Source: a virus
Reading direction: 5' to 3' (one strand)
Virus record (IMG/VR): IMGVR_UViG_3300033984_000416
Span: 1 to 64,000 of that record
DNA: 64,000 nt
In this document: positions 17,076 to 25,299 of the stretch, piece after piece
Layout: each line of letters opens with the position of its first letter
Numbering within the stretch: position 1 is the first letter of the stretch
Made by a program: the position numbers and the translations under genes
The notes under the pieces: model-generated
Told to the model about the DNA's origin: nothing
The model's input: the letters and a program-made list of their open reading frames with translations, nothing else
The model's database searches: none

Positions 17076-17855
17076 TTAGTTTTTCATTAAGTTATAGTAA
17101 TGTAATTCGATTAGTTTTTTTGCTTCGTGTTTCAAATACATGATGTGTATCTTTTCAAAGGTTTCTTTCACCTTATCCCAATACAATACAACGATTTGAC
17201 GACATTTACGCTTAGGAAACTCTAATTCGTACATGTAAGCATATACACTCAATTGCAGCGTGTATATTGACCATTGACACGCTTGAAGATGGTCAAATGG
17301 TTTATGTAGAGTTTCATATCCGTAAGGATTAAAGAAGTTGAATACTCTGTTTGTTTTGTGGTCAAGAACATCGAAGAAAACATCATCAATATCAATTATT
17401 AAATCCGACATACCAGCCAACTCATATTGTTCAGCAAAAAGTATTCTCTCTGGCCAAACAGCTTGACCTTCATCTATCTGTAACGCATTATAACCATCAA
17501 TTACTTTTTGTTCAAATTCACCCTCTGGTGTATCTTCTGGGTAGTACCATTTATTGGCCAGTAAATAACGTTCAACAATATCGTGAACCATAGTACCATA
17601 AACATTAGCTTCATCGTTAAGCATTTGCCAGTAATCGATGATTTGTTGTTGTGATAAACCTACGTATCTTTCTTGTTTTACCGAATCTAATTGATTGACA
17701 ATAGCTGCTGACACACCTTCAACATCGAAGTGTGGTTCTATAGAGGAAAGGGTTGTTGTAACTGACTTATATTTTTTACCAGTTTCCCTGTGAATGTATT
17801 TGTGTTCGATTGGTTCTAGGTAAACTGGACCAACCCATAATTTCGCTTTACTCAT
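17076..17855 (-). CDS. PD-(D/E)XK (lambda-exo/Cas4-like) nuclease
   Basis: SVTTTL, GTMVHDIVE, ERILF, AGMSDLI, LDHKT, YTLQLSVY. Confidence 0.85.
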   Translation of the reverse strand: MSKAKLWVGPVYLEPIEHKYIHRETGKKYKSVTTTLSSIEPHFDVEGVSAAIVNQLDSVKQERYVGLSQQQIIDYWQMLNDEANVYGTMVHDIVERYLLANKWYYPEDTPEGEFEQKVIDGYNALQIDEGQAVWPERILFAEQYELAGMSDLIIDIDDVFFDVLDHKTNRVFNFFNPYGYETLHKPFDHLQACQWSIYTLQLSVYAYMYELEFPKRKCRQIVVLYWDKVKETFEKIHIMYLKHEAKKLIELHYYNLMKN

Positions 17856-17868
17856 AATTCGTTTTATA

Positions 17869-17900
17869 CAAAGATACTAAATTTTTAACTAAAATGCAAG
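17869..17900 (-). promoter_or_regulatory. Bacteroidota sigma70 promoter CTTG-N20-TATCTTTG driving the nuclease-sbcD-macro-sbcC operon
   Basis: Consensus match in a 63-bp divergent spacer. Confidence 0.8.
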
Positions 17901-17908
17901 TATTTATA
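17901..17908 (+). promoter_or_regulatory. TATTTATA putative late promoter for the only plus-strand gene
   Basis: The motif flips strand together with its gene; 13 nt before ATG 17922. Confidence 0.65.
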
Positions 17909-17921
17909 TTAAAAGATATTG

Positions 17922-18308
17922 ATGAAAGAATTTATAAAAGAACAAGTTAGAACCTTATTATTTGAAGAGGAAGTTGAAAAGCTAGACCCTTCTAAAGTTA
18001 GGATTAAAAGACAAGTGGTGAATAACCTTTTGGTTTTTACACCTTTCTATGATGGTGTTGTTATGGGTGCTTTTAGGATGAAACCATTCAATAACGACTA
18101 CAAGATTACCGCTGTTGTGTTATACGATAGATTTAAAGGTAAAGGTATGGGTAAAAACATGTATAGATACATAATTAGAACCCTAGGTAAAGAGGGTAAA
18201 AAACTATACTCAGATGACTACCAATCCCCAGACGCTAAGAATGTTTGGGATAGTCTGGTAAGAAATGGGTATGCTATATCTACTGAAAATGGCTATATGT
18301 CTAAATAA
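17922..18308 (+). CDS. GNAT-fold acetyltransferase-like protein (alternative TTG start 17919)
   Basis: Acetyl-CoA motif A VVLYDRFKGKGMGKNMY, followed by LYSDDYQSPDAKNVWDSL; fills the gap exactly between convergent/divergent neighbours. Confidence 0.7.
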   Translation: MKEFIKEQVRTLLFEEEVEKLDPSKVRIKRQVVNNLLVFTPFYDGVVMGAFRMKPFNNDYKITAVVLYDRFKGKGMGKNMYRYIIRTLGKEGKKLYSDDYQSPDAKNVWDSLVRNGYAISTENGYMSK

Positions 18309-19265
18309 TTAGTATATATCCCCATCTTCTAACTTAAAGGCACCCATAAGAAGCTTAACAATACCCTTATTTCCTAGTTTTTCGAATATTTTAGATGGGT
18401 CATACCCCTCTGGTGGTCTTACAATACGTATTCTACCTCTTAAATCACCAAAATTAAGTTGTCTATACAAGAATTTCGCATCTTCATAGGCATCATCATC
18501 CAAAACTATCACAATAAACCCTTGTGCTTTGTCATGTAACAGCTCTAAAAGGATATTTGGTAAGTATTTACCCAATAACGGTACCGAATTTGGTACAACT
18601 ATGTGGTCGGTTACACCTTCAACGATATAAATAGTGGAATCCCAGTTGATTTTCTTCTCATTAAAGATTATTTCTTGTTTTTCAGCAGTAGGATTTATGT
18701 ATTTTAACTTATTATACTCTTTTGCGAACCATCTAGCGATAAAATAATTAAGTTTTCCCGTTGAATCATACGATGGGATGATAATTCTATTAAAAAATGG
18801 ACCTCGATACGTATATCCTATCTCATATTCTTTGATAATTTCATCAGTAATACCCCTTTCTCTAAGATATGCTAGAGCTATGTTGGCTTTATAGTCTTTA
18901 TCGGTACATTCTGATAGTTTTTTATACCCCTCTGGTAGTGTTACAATGATTTCAGAGTGTTCTTTCTCGCCTATAGTGTCAGCATCTGGCTTAACTAGTA
19001 AGTAATCACGTATATTTTTAGGGGTAGCATATTTTCTAAGCAGCTTCATTACTGGGCCATGCATATGGTTTGTATCTTGACAAGCCCAACATTTAAACAA
19101 GCCTCTATTGTAGTTAACTTCTAAGTTTCCTTTGCCATCACCATCTGGGTGATTACCATCAGCAGAACATGCTGGACAATCAAATGCGATTTGCCCAGTG
19201 TCTTCATTGTGTTTTCTAGTATCACCTAAAAAACTTTCGAGTATGTCTACCAATAACATTGCCAT
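18309..19265 (-). CDS. dnaG: DNA primase (Zn ribbon + TOPRIM)
   Basis: FDCPAC...FKCWAC, RIIIPSY, KYINP, YIVEGVTD, VLDDDA. Confidence 0.9.
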   Translation of the reverse strand: MAMLLVDILESFLGDTRKHNEDTGQIAFDCPACSADGNHPDGDGKGNLEVNYNRGLFKCWACQDTNHMHGPVMKLLRKYATPKNIRDYLLVKPDADTIGEKEHSEIIVTLPEGYKKLSECTDKDYKANIALAYLRERGITDEIIKEYEIGYTYRGPFFNRIIIPSYDSTGKLNYFIARWFAKEYNKLKYINPTAEKQEIIFNEKKINWDSTIYIVEGVTDHIVVPNSVPLLGKYLPNILLELLHDKAQGFIVIVLDDDAYEDAKFLYRQLNFGDLRGRIRIVRPPEGYDPSKIFEKLGNKGIVKLLMGAFKLEDGDIY

Positions 19266-19269
19266 ACGA

Positions 19270-19301
19270 CAAAGGTACGAAATTAGTTTTGATTTTCCAA
19301 A
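19270..19301 (-). promoter_or_regulatory. Bacteroidota sigma70 promoter TTTG-N20-TACCTTTG (ATG only 4 nt downstream)
   Basis: Perfect consensus. Confidence 0.85.
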
Positions 19302-19567
19302 TCTTTTTTATCTTTAGATATTTTTCGTGTAAGATAAGATTTAACAACAGTTGCAATTGCTACTCTTTTGTTGTTTTCAAATTTAGCATTAGGACTAGCT
19401 AAATATTTTTTTTGAATTAGTTTAAAAACCTCTACAACCATTTCATTTCTAAGTTCTAGAGTACAATCCATATTAAACGACATAATATATTGGTCGATAA
19501 ACCATCGAACTAGTATAAAGTGTTCATCCTCATTGGATTCTATTGTTTTTGTTAATTCACTATCCAT
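19283..19567 (-). CDS. hypothetical protein
   Basis: 94-aa ORF coupled to ruvC by a 16-bp overlap. Confidence 0.65.
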   Translation of the reverse strand: MDSELTKTIESNEDEHFILVRWFIDQYIMSFNMDCTLELRNEMVVEVFKLIQKKYLASPNAKFENNKRVAIATVVKSYLTRKISKDKKDLENQN

Positions 19568-20202
19568 ATTCCCATTTTATTCATATACCCACGTGCAGCA
19601 GTATAAGCATCGGAAGTGTCGAATGTTTCTTTTTTAAGTTTGTTGTTTTTATCGTAGAACCAAGTTACTTGTGGTTCCAATTCGGCTACTTTCTCCCAAA
19701 GTACATATTTTTTATCTATGTCGAAAGAATAATCACCAAATAATACTGGAAGGTTTTTTGCTATGGCTTTTTCAGCTAAAGGTGTTCCGTCCTTTTTAAA
19801 GCGTCTTACAGCCATCAATTCTGGAAAAGCATACTTACGAGCATCATATGAAGAAATGAAGTCTGGAACGACTCCTAGAGTGTCATAGACCGATTTTGAT
19901 ATCATTCCATTGAAACGCAAAAGAGTTGCGATAGTATAAACGTTGTTTGATTGTAAAAGTGGTTCTTCGATTACTACTTTAGTAATCCCAACGTCAGCAT
20001 AATTAGAAAGAAATTCTTGTTCGAAGATTTCAACCTTACGAAATAATTCTTCCATCTTGCTAACTGGTTTTGGTTTAACAGTAGGTGATACGTGGTGAAG
20101 TAATTTTAAATCCCCATGTGTCCCCATGTCTTCAAATAATGCGATACCAATTGTAGAAGTGGATACGTCTAATGCTAATAAAAATTCTGGTTCTTTTTCC
20201 AT
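19552..20202 (-). CDS. ruvC: RuvC-like Holliday junction resolvase
   Basis: LLALDVSTSTIG, VVIEEP, DTSDAY acidic RNase H-fold tetrad. Confidence 0.8.
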   Translation of the reverse strand: MEKEPEFLLALDVSTSTIGIALFEDMGTHGDLKLLHHVSPTVKPKPVSKMEELFRKVEIFEQEFLSNYADVGITKVVIEEPLLQSNNVYTIATLLRFNGMISKSVYDTLGVVPDFISSYDARKYAFPELMAVRRFKKDGTPLAEKAIAKNLPVLFGDYSFDIDKKYVLWEKVAELEPQVTWFYDKNNKLKKETFDTSDAYTAARGYMNKMGIWIVN

Positions 20203-20250
20203 AATATAATTTTTACATCAATTTAACGTATCCAAATCAAAAATAAAGAC

Positions 20251-21453
20251 TTAAAGGCTAATTTTTATACCTAAAGCTAAAAATTCATTAACATTTTTTG
20301 TAATGTGTCTATCTGTCTTGGCAACTGCGATAAGATTATTCAAATCATCATATAACCCAACTTCGCTAATTCTAGCTACATCACCATACTCAAACGTAGG
20401 GTTAGTTGTGCTACCAAATTCACCTCTATCCGCAATACATGTGATACTTTGAAAAACATTGGTTGAAATGCTATCAAATGTAATGCTAGTACCTGTTGCA
20501 GCAGAAGCTACATAATTACTAACAATTGTAGGGTCTGTTATAACCATAAATCCTTTATCTAGATAAGCAATACCAATCACGGTATCGGCTGTAACCGCTA
20601 AGTTAGAATTTGTTTGTAAGTTATATGTTTCTTTTCCATTCAAAGAGAATGATTTTTCTAAAGCATAACCAGTAGCCCAACTCTTAGTTGCATCACCACC
20701 GTTAGGTTTCATGATATCGTCTGAAACCAATGCAACTACATTTAAACCAAATTGGGCTGTTTGTGGTGCAGTATCAGTAATAGCGTAATCTAACGTACCT
20801 AGACTTGATATTGTGCTTTGGAAAGTACTATAAATTGTATATGTTCCAGCACTAGTTGGTAATTCTATTTTTATTGATTTACCATCAATACATTCACCGT
20901 ATTTTGAATCTATGATACCTAATACCAATATGTCGCTAGTTGCAATACCGCTAAGTGCTGTATCTGAAAACCCACCGTTTGTGTATGAAGTTCCAGTATA
21001 AGTGATATCACCAATAGTATTTAAAGGTAATCCAAAAGAATAATATAAGTTAACTAAATTATCAGTCAAATAATTATTTCTATTTATTTGATTTTGAGTT
21101 ATACTAGTACCTGTAATAGTTGTATAACCATTTGGCGTTATTTCAGTTAAAATGTTTACTGACTGTGAAGCTACTGGTTTTTGTAATGTACCACTAGAGT
21201 TGACTATCAAAACGCTTTTTAACCCCACAGATTGTGTTGTACCGTTACCGATAGTATTGTTGGCACCAATATCTCCAGATAAACTAGGAACTTCACCACT
21301 GGCTAGGCTAAGTGCTGAATAGTAGTTAGCATCTGAATCACCAAGACTAAAAGTTTTGATTAATGCGTTATTTGTAGAAACTAGCTTTTGTCTTCCAATC
21401 GGAGTAAGTTTAGCTGTTAATGAAAAGGTCGTTGCAGTGTTATTATATCCCAT
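20251..21453 (-). CDS. baseplate/tail-fibre attachment structural protein (start revised to MGYNN)
   Basis: LTPIGRQKL, FSLGDSDANY, and C-terminal ISEVGLYDDLNNLIAVAK (tail-collar/P2 gpH N-domain-like motif). Confidence 0.65.
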   Translation of the reverse strand: MGYNNTATTFSLTAKLTPIGRQKLVSTNNALIKTFSLGDSDANYYSALSLASGEVPSLSGDIGANNTIGNGTTQSVGLKSVLIVNSSGTLQKPVASQSVNILTEITPNGYTTITGTSITQNQINRNNYLTDNLVNLYYSFGLPLNTIGDITYTGTSYTNGGFSDTALSGIATSDILVLGIIDSKYGECIDGKSIKIELPTSAGTYTIYSTFQSTISSLGTLDYAITDTAPQTAQFGLNVVALVSDDIMKPNGGDATKSWATGYALEKSFSLNGKETYNLQTNSNLAVTADTVIGIAYLDKGFMVITDPTIVSNYVASAATGTSITFDSISTNVFQSITCIADRGEFGSTTNPTFEYGDVARISEVGLYDDLNNLIAVAKTDRHITKNVNEFLALGIKISL

Positions 21454-21454
21454 A

Positions 21455-23572
21455 TTAGAAATCCATTGATAGTTCAAGCATTATTGTGTTATTTTTTATT
21501 GCAATCGGACTAGATACCTTACCAATACATACAAGATTTTTATCTGTATCGTAAATCCCAACTTCTGTAATTTTGATGTTTGGTGGGTTTGTTGTCGAAT
21601 TTTTACTTCTAGTAACATTACTGGTTGAATTGAATTTATTTGAATCAATTCTAATATCAAAGATAGTTTTATATATTGTGGCACCAATATAGGTTGTTAG
21701 GTTCCCGTAAAAAAATTTCTCGTCACCGAATTGAAGAATGTCTGGCGTTGAATTTAACGACATATTCAATAATTGAGTTAAATCAAAAATTGGAGCCACG
21801 TTGTCTTTTAATTTATCCAACACGAAACCACTAGTCATAGGAACTTGCCCTTCTAATAGTTTTGGGTCAATTGATTCGCCTACACCACCAGTAATAGCTG
21901 TAGATGTAAAATCATAAGCTTTCCATGCTGAAGGGTCTGGTCTATCTGTTGGGTCTTGTACAATTTGGTAAACCAATTTAAACTCATGAGCATAGAACCC
22001 ATAACCATCATAACCAGATTCTAATTTACGCATGTATGGTAATAAATCGGTTTCAATCATTCTAAACGTAACATCTTTTGGTGAAGATGTATTATTCGTA
22101 ATTTTAACATATTTTTGACATGAAAGACTAGATGTTAAACCTGTTGTTCCATTATTCTCAAGGCTATAAGTCAAATACATTGTATCATTTATATCTAGTA
22201 CACCTGTTGACGTTCCACCACTTGGTGACTGTAACGATGCAGATAATTCTGGGAGTGTCCAGTTTCTGTTTCCTTTGTAAGATGTTGCCGAAACAATTTC
22301 ATCATCGTGAATAACAACCATTTTTAATTGTGGGAATATTCTACCCACAGCCATAGCTGTACTCGCTGAAGAAATAAGTGTTGAGTCTTCAAATAATTCA
22401 ATGTATTCTAAATCAGAGTTTCCTATAAATTTAGTTGCACCAGTAGCTACAAAGTTCATACCCATAGATGTTCCACTACCAGTTGTTGCAAATCTTCTAT
22501 GGTACATTAAATCTGGTAAATAAAGATTAAGATATTTCCCACTAGCTGTATCTGTATAGAAAAATTCTCCATATAGATTAGAAATAGTATTGTTTGTGTA
22601 GTGAATAATAGATATTGATTTTGTAACATCATCTGGGTAGCTTATTCCTGGGCCATTACAGTTAAATGATAGAGTTGTTGCTGTTGATTGGCAAACATAT
22701 TCCATGAATGGATTTTTATCACCTAAATATTGATATGAACCAAACTTTGTGTAGTCTTCATAAGTTCCACCAGACATCCCAGCAAGACTTTCACACCATA
22801 CACTATTTGAATTCCAAACTGGCATGTCGTGACATGTTACATTGTTTGCTGAATCAAAAGAAAGTGTTCCAGAATCCCAATACGCAATTGTACTACCAGT
22901 AGCTATACTATTGTAAACTTCACCACCTCTATAGATAAACACTTGAGATGTTGCAGATTGAGTTAGTGTATTTGGTAAATTTCTATCTAATGTAATGTAA
23001 CCAGAACCTACAGTTTGAACCTTAAACCAAAGATTTGGTAATGCTCTAGCGTTTTCATTATCAATAATGTTACCTATCTTATCGTTAGCTAATTTAAGTA
23101 ATAAAACGTCACCTATATTTATTGATGATGTTGGTATTGCAAAACTAGTCCCACCAGTAAATGATGAATTAGGAATGTTTGTAACATATGTCGTATAAGT
23201 ATTTGAAGTTAACGTTGTAAATGTTGAACCAACTCGATTAAAGAAACCTCTTTCATCAGCAGCATTGTTTACAACCGCTTTAACTACATTTAAAACAGAA
23301 CCATCTATTGGTTGAAACGGTTCGTTATCACTTTGTGTAATAAAAGATTTTATTTTAGGTTCTCTATCAACTGGTCTTAACACAAAGCTACTAGCTGAAA
23401 GTGTTGGGTTGCTTAGATTAGCATCCACAATAGATTCTCTATTGTAGTTAATTTCGGAATCACCAATAGCGTAATAAGAAAAATTAAGTTTTCCTTGTGC
23501 TAGTTGTTCTCTACCTGTTTGTGTTAGTTTTATGCTAACAAAGGGGCTCGTGCTTTTGATTATGTAACTCAT
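21455..23572 (-). CDS. baseplate/tail-fibre attachment structural protein, paralog of the neighbour
   Basis: LTQTGREQLAQG, YAIGDSEINY, ITEVGIYDTDKNLVCIGK: the same three motifs as 20251-21453. Confidence 0.65.
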   Translation of the reverse strand: MSYIIKSTSPFVSIKLTQTGREQLAQGKLNFSYYAIGDSEINYNRESIVDANLSNPTLSASSFVLRPVDREPKIKSFITQSDNEPFQPIDGSVLNVVKAVVNNAADERGFFNRVGSTFTTLTSNTYTTYVTNIPNSSFTGGTSFAIPTSSINIGDVLLLKLANDKIGNIIDNENARALPNLWFKVQTVGSGYITLDRNLPNTLTQSATSQVFIYRGGEVYNSIATGSTIAYWDSGTLSFDSANNVTCHDMPVWNSNSVWCESLAGMSGGTYEDYTKFGSYQYLGDKNPFMEYVCQSTATTLSFNCNGPGISYPDDVTKSISIIHYTNNTISNLYGEFFYTDTASGKYLNLYLPDLMYHRRFATTGSGTSMGMNFVATGATKFIGNSDLEYIELFEDSTLISSASTAMAVGRIFPQLKMVVIHDDEIVSATSYKGNRNWTLPELSASLQSPSGGTSTGVLDINDTMYLTYSLENNGTTGLTSSLSCQKYVKITNNTSSPKDVTFRMIETDLLPYMRKLESGYDGYGFYAHEFKLVYQIVQDPTDRPDPSAWKAYDFTSTAITGGVGESIDPKLLEGQVPMTSGFVLDKLKDNVAPIFDLTQLLNMSLNSTPDILQFGDEKFFYGNLTTYIGATIYKTIFDIRIDSNKFNSTSNVTRSKNSTTNPPNIKITEVGIYDTDKNLVCIGKVSSPIAIKNNTIMLELSMDF

Positions 23573-23603
23573 ACGTTGTTAATATGTTTTTCTTTATTTT
23601 AAT

Positions 23604-23611
23604 TATAAATA
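23604..23611 (-). promoter_or_regulatory. TATTTATA putative late promoter
   Basis: GATATTTATA, 31 nt before ATG 23572. Confidence 0.6.
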
Positions 23612-23628
23612 TCTAATAGTAAATAATA

Positions 23629-25059
23629 TTAATACGAATTAATAGAATTAGTTTGTATTATTACTGGTATTATATCACTATACGCTGTGGTGTTTAGATT
23701 GTCACCACAAATAGTTGTGTAATTTTTTTCATTTTTAACTCTATAAAATAGTTGAGTGCCTACCGTACCAGAAGCTGTAAACCCTAAATTATAATAATTG
23801 ACACCAATAACGTAATCAGTTGTTCCACTATAATAAAAACTACTAAATGTGTTAGCAGTGCTAACTTCCAGTGAAAAATAACCATTCACCAACAAAGGTG
23901 GGGTCGGTATTGTCCATGTAACTATAGGGTTGTTAGTGTCCAATCCGTTTGCAACGCTAATAATTGGAAAATAAACAATTGTAATTATATCGTCAACCAT
24001 AATGTCACCCTCAAGTATTATCCTTTTTGTATTGCTTATCGATTGATAGAAGTCAATCCCAAAAGCCAACGAAGCACCATTAACCATAACCAGTAAAGTA
24101 TTATCACTCAAAGGTGTTATTGATGTATATATTTCGTATCGATTTGTTGTTGTGTTGTAATAAATTAAATTAGCACCTTCACCATCTGTTGCACCACTAG
24201 TAATTGCTGTATTAACGTCAATAACATCTGATATTAAATTATTACCACCAGTACTAGTGTAAATAACGGTAACAATATCATCGTCAAATGTTTCACCACT
24301 TAACGTTGCGGAACCACCACTAAATATATAATCTAAATCTGGAGCCAGAACTAATCCATTCAATGTTAAAACAAAATCACCAATAATGTTGGTTGGGAGT
24401 GGAATTACTGTTTGTTTATCAACTACTGGTAAAACTCTTTGTATTAATTTATTAATACCTGTGTTGTTACTATCGTTATTAACAAATATTGGTTTTTCAG
24501 CTTGTTTTATCGCTATAAAATAATAATCTAACTCATTATTGTAAATACCGTATTGTGTCCCACTAAGAAAATTAGAAGTATCAAAGTTTTTACCTATTCT
24601 GTTTAAAAAATCAGTACATGCACTAAATTGATAAAATCCTTTAACAATATAGTCACCGTCCAAAGATAAATTATTACCAACGACATTTTGAGTTGTAATA
24701 TTTGTCGCACTAAAAGCTGAATAATCTATTAATGGCGACATATAAACTGGTGTTGTTGAAAACCCACTAAATATTGGTGTGTACTTGTATATTCCAAACT
24801 TAAACTTAGCGTTGGTGTTAACAAAGCTATTGGTATTTCCAGTAAAATTGAATGTTAACGGAATTGTTTCGGTATCACCAGTAATAACATACGATGTGCC
24901 ACTAGTTGAACCTGTGCAGTCTAATTTAGAAGCACCACTAAGGTAAAATAACGGTGTATCGAATACGCAAATATCTGAACTCATATTGACATTCAGAATA
25001 TCTTTGTTTCTTACAGCACCATTTTCATTTTGTATGTATATTCTTTCTTGATATCTCAT
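23629..25059 (-). CDS. virion structural protein with repeated beta-sandwich domains
   Basis: Two copies of L.LNG..L....D[YF]......[IL]......D.I[VT].[VI].Y, plus a C-terminal FN3-like YRVK segment. Confidence 0.6.
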   Translation of the reverse strand: MRYQERIYIQNENGAVRNKDILNVNMSSDICVFDTPLFYLSGASKLDCTGSTSGTSYVITGDTETIPLTFNFTGNTNSFVNTNAKFKFGIYKYTPIFSGFSTTPVYMSPLIDYSAFSATNITTQNVVGNNLSLDGDYIVKGFYQFSACTDFLNRIGKNFDTSNFLSGTQYGIYNNELDYYFIAIKQAEKPIFVNNDSNNTGINKLIQRVLPVVDKQTVIPLPTNIIGDFVLTLNGLVLAPDLDYIFSGGSATLSGETFDDDIVTVIYTSTGGNNLISDVIDVNTAITSGATDGEGANLIYYNTTTNRYEIYTSITPLSDNTLLVMVNGASLAFGIDFYQSISNTKRIILEGDIMVDDIITIVYFPIISVANGLDTNNPIVTWTIPTPPLLVNGYFSLEVSTANTFSSFYYSGTTDYVIGVNYYNLGFTASGTVGTQLFYRVKNEKNYTTICGDNLNTTAYSDIIPVIIQTNSINSY

Positions 25060-25298
25060 TAATAACTAATTTCTAGTGTTATAGGTTTTATATTATAAGC
25101 ATTTTTTAACCCAAATGCCAATGGTATTTCTAGAGCAGCTGTAAATTCCGCTCTAGAAAGGTTTTGCGTGAAAGCTACAAATCCATTTAGGTTTATGTAG
25201 TCTTCTCGTTGTATCTCACCAGTTACCCTAGAAACGTAGTTGATGCTATCAATTACATTTGGGTAAACTTCTCCTTGTATATTTCTAAATAATATCAT
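25059..25298 (-). CDS. small protein coupled to the fibre gene (possible fibre chaperone)
   Basis: Starts 1 bp after the adhesin stop; 1-bp overlap with the next gene. Confidence 0.55.
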   Translation of the reverse strand: MILFRNIQGEVYPNVIDSINYVSRVTGEIQREDYINLNGFVAFTQNLSRAEFTAALEIPLAFGLKNAYNIKPITLEISY

Positions 25299-25299
25299 A

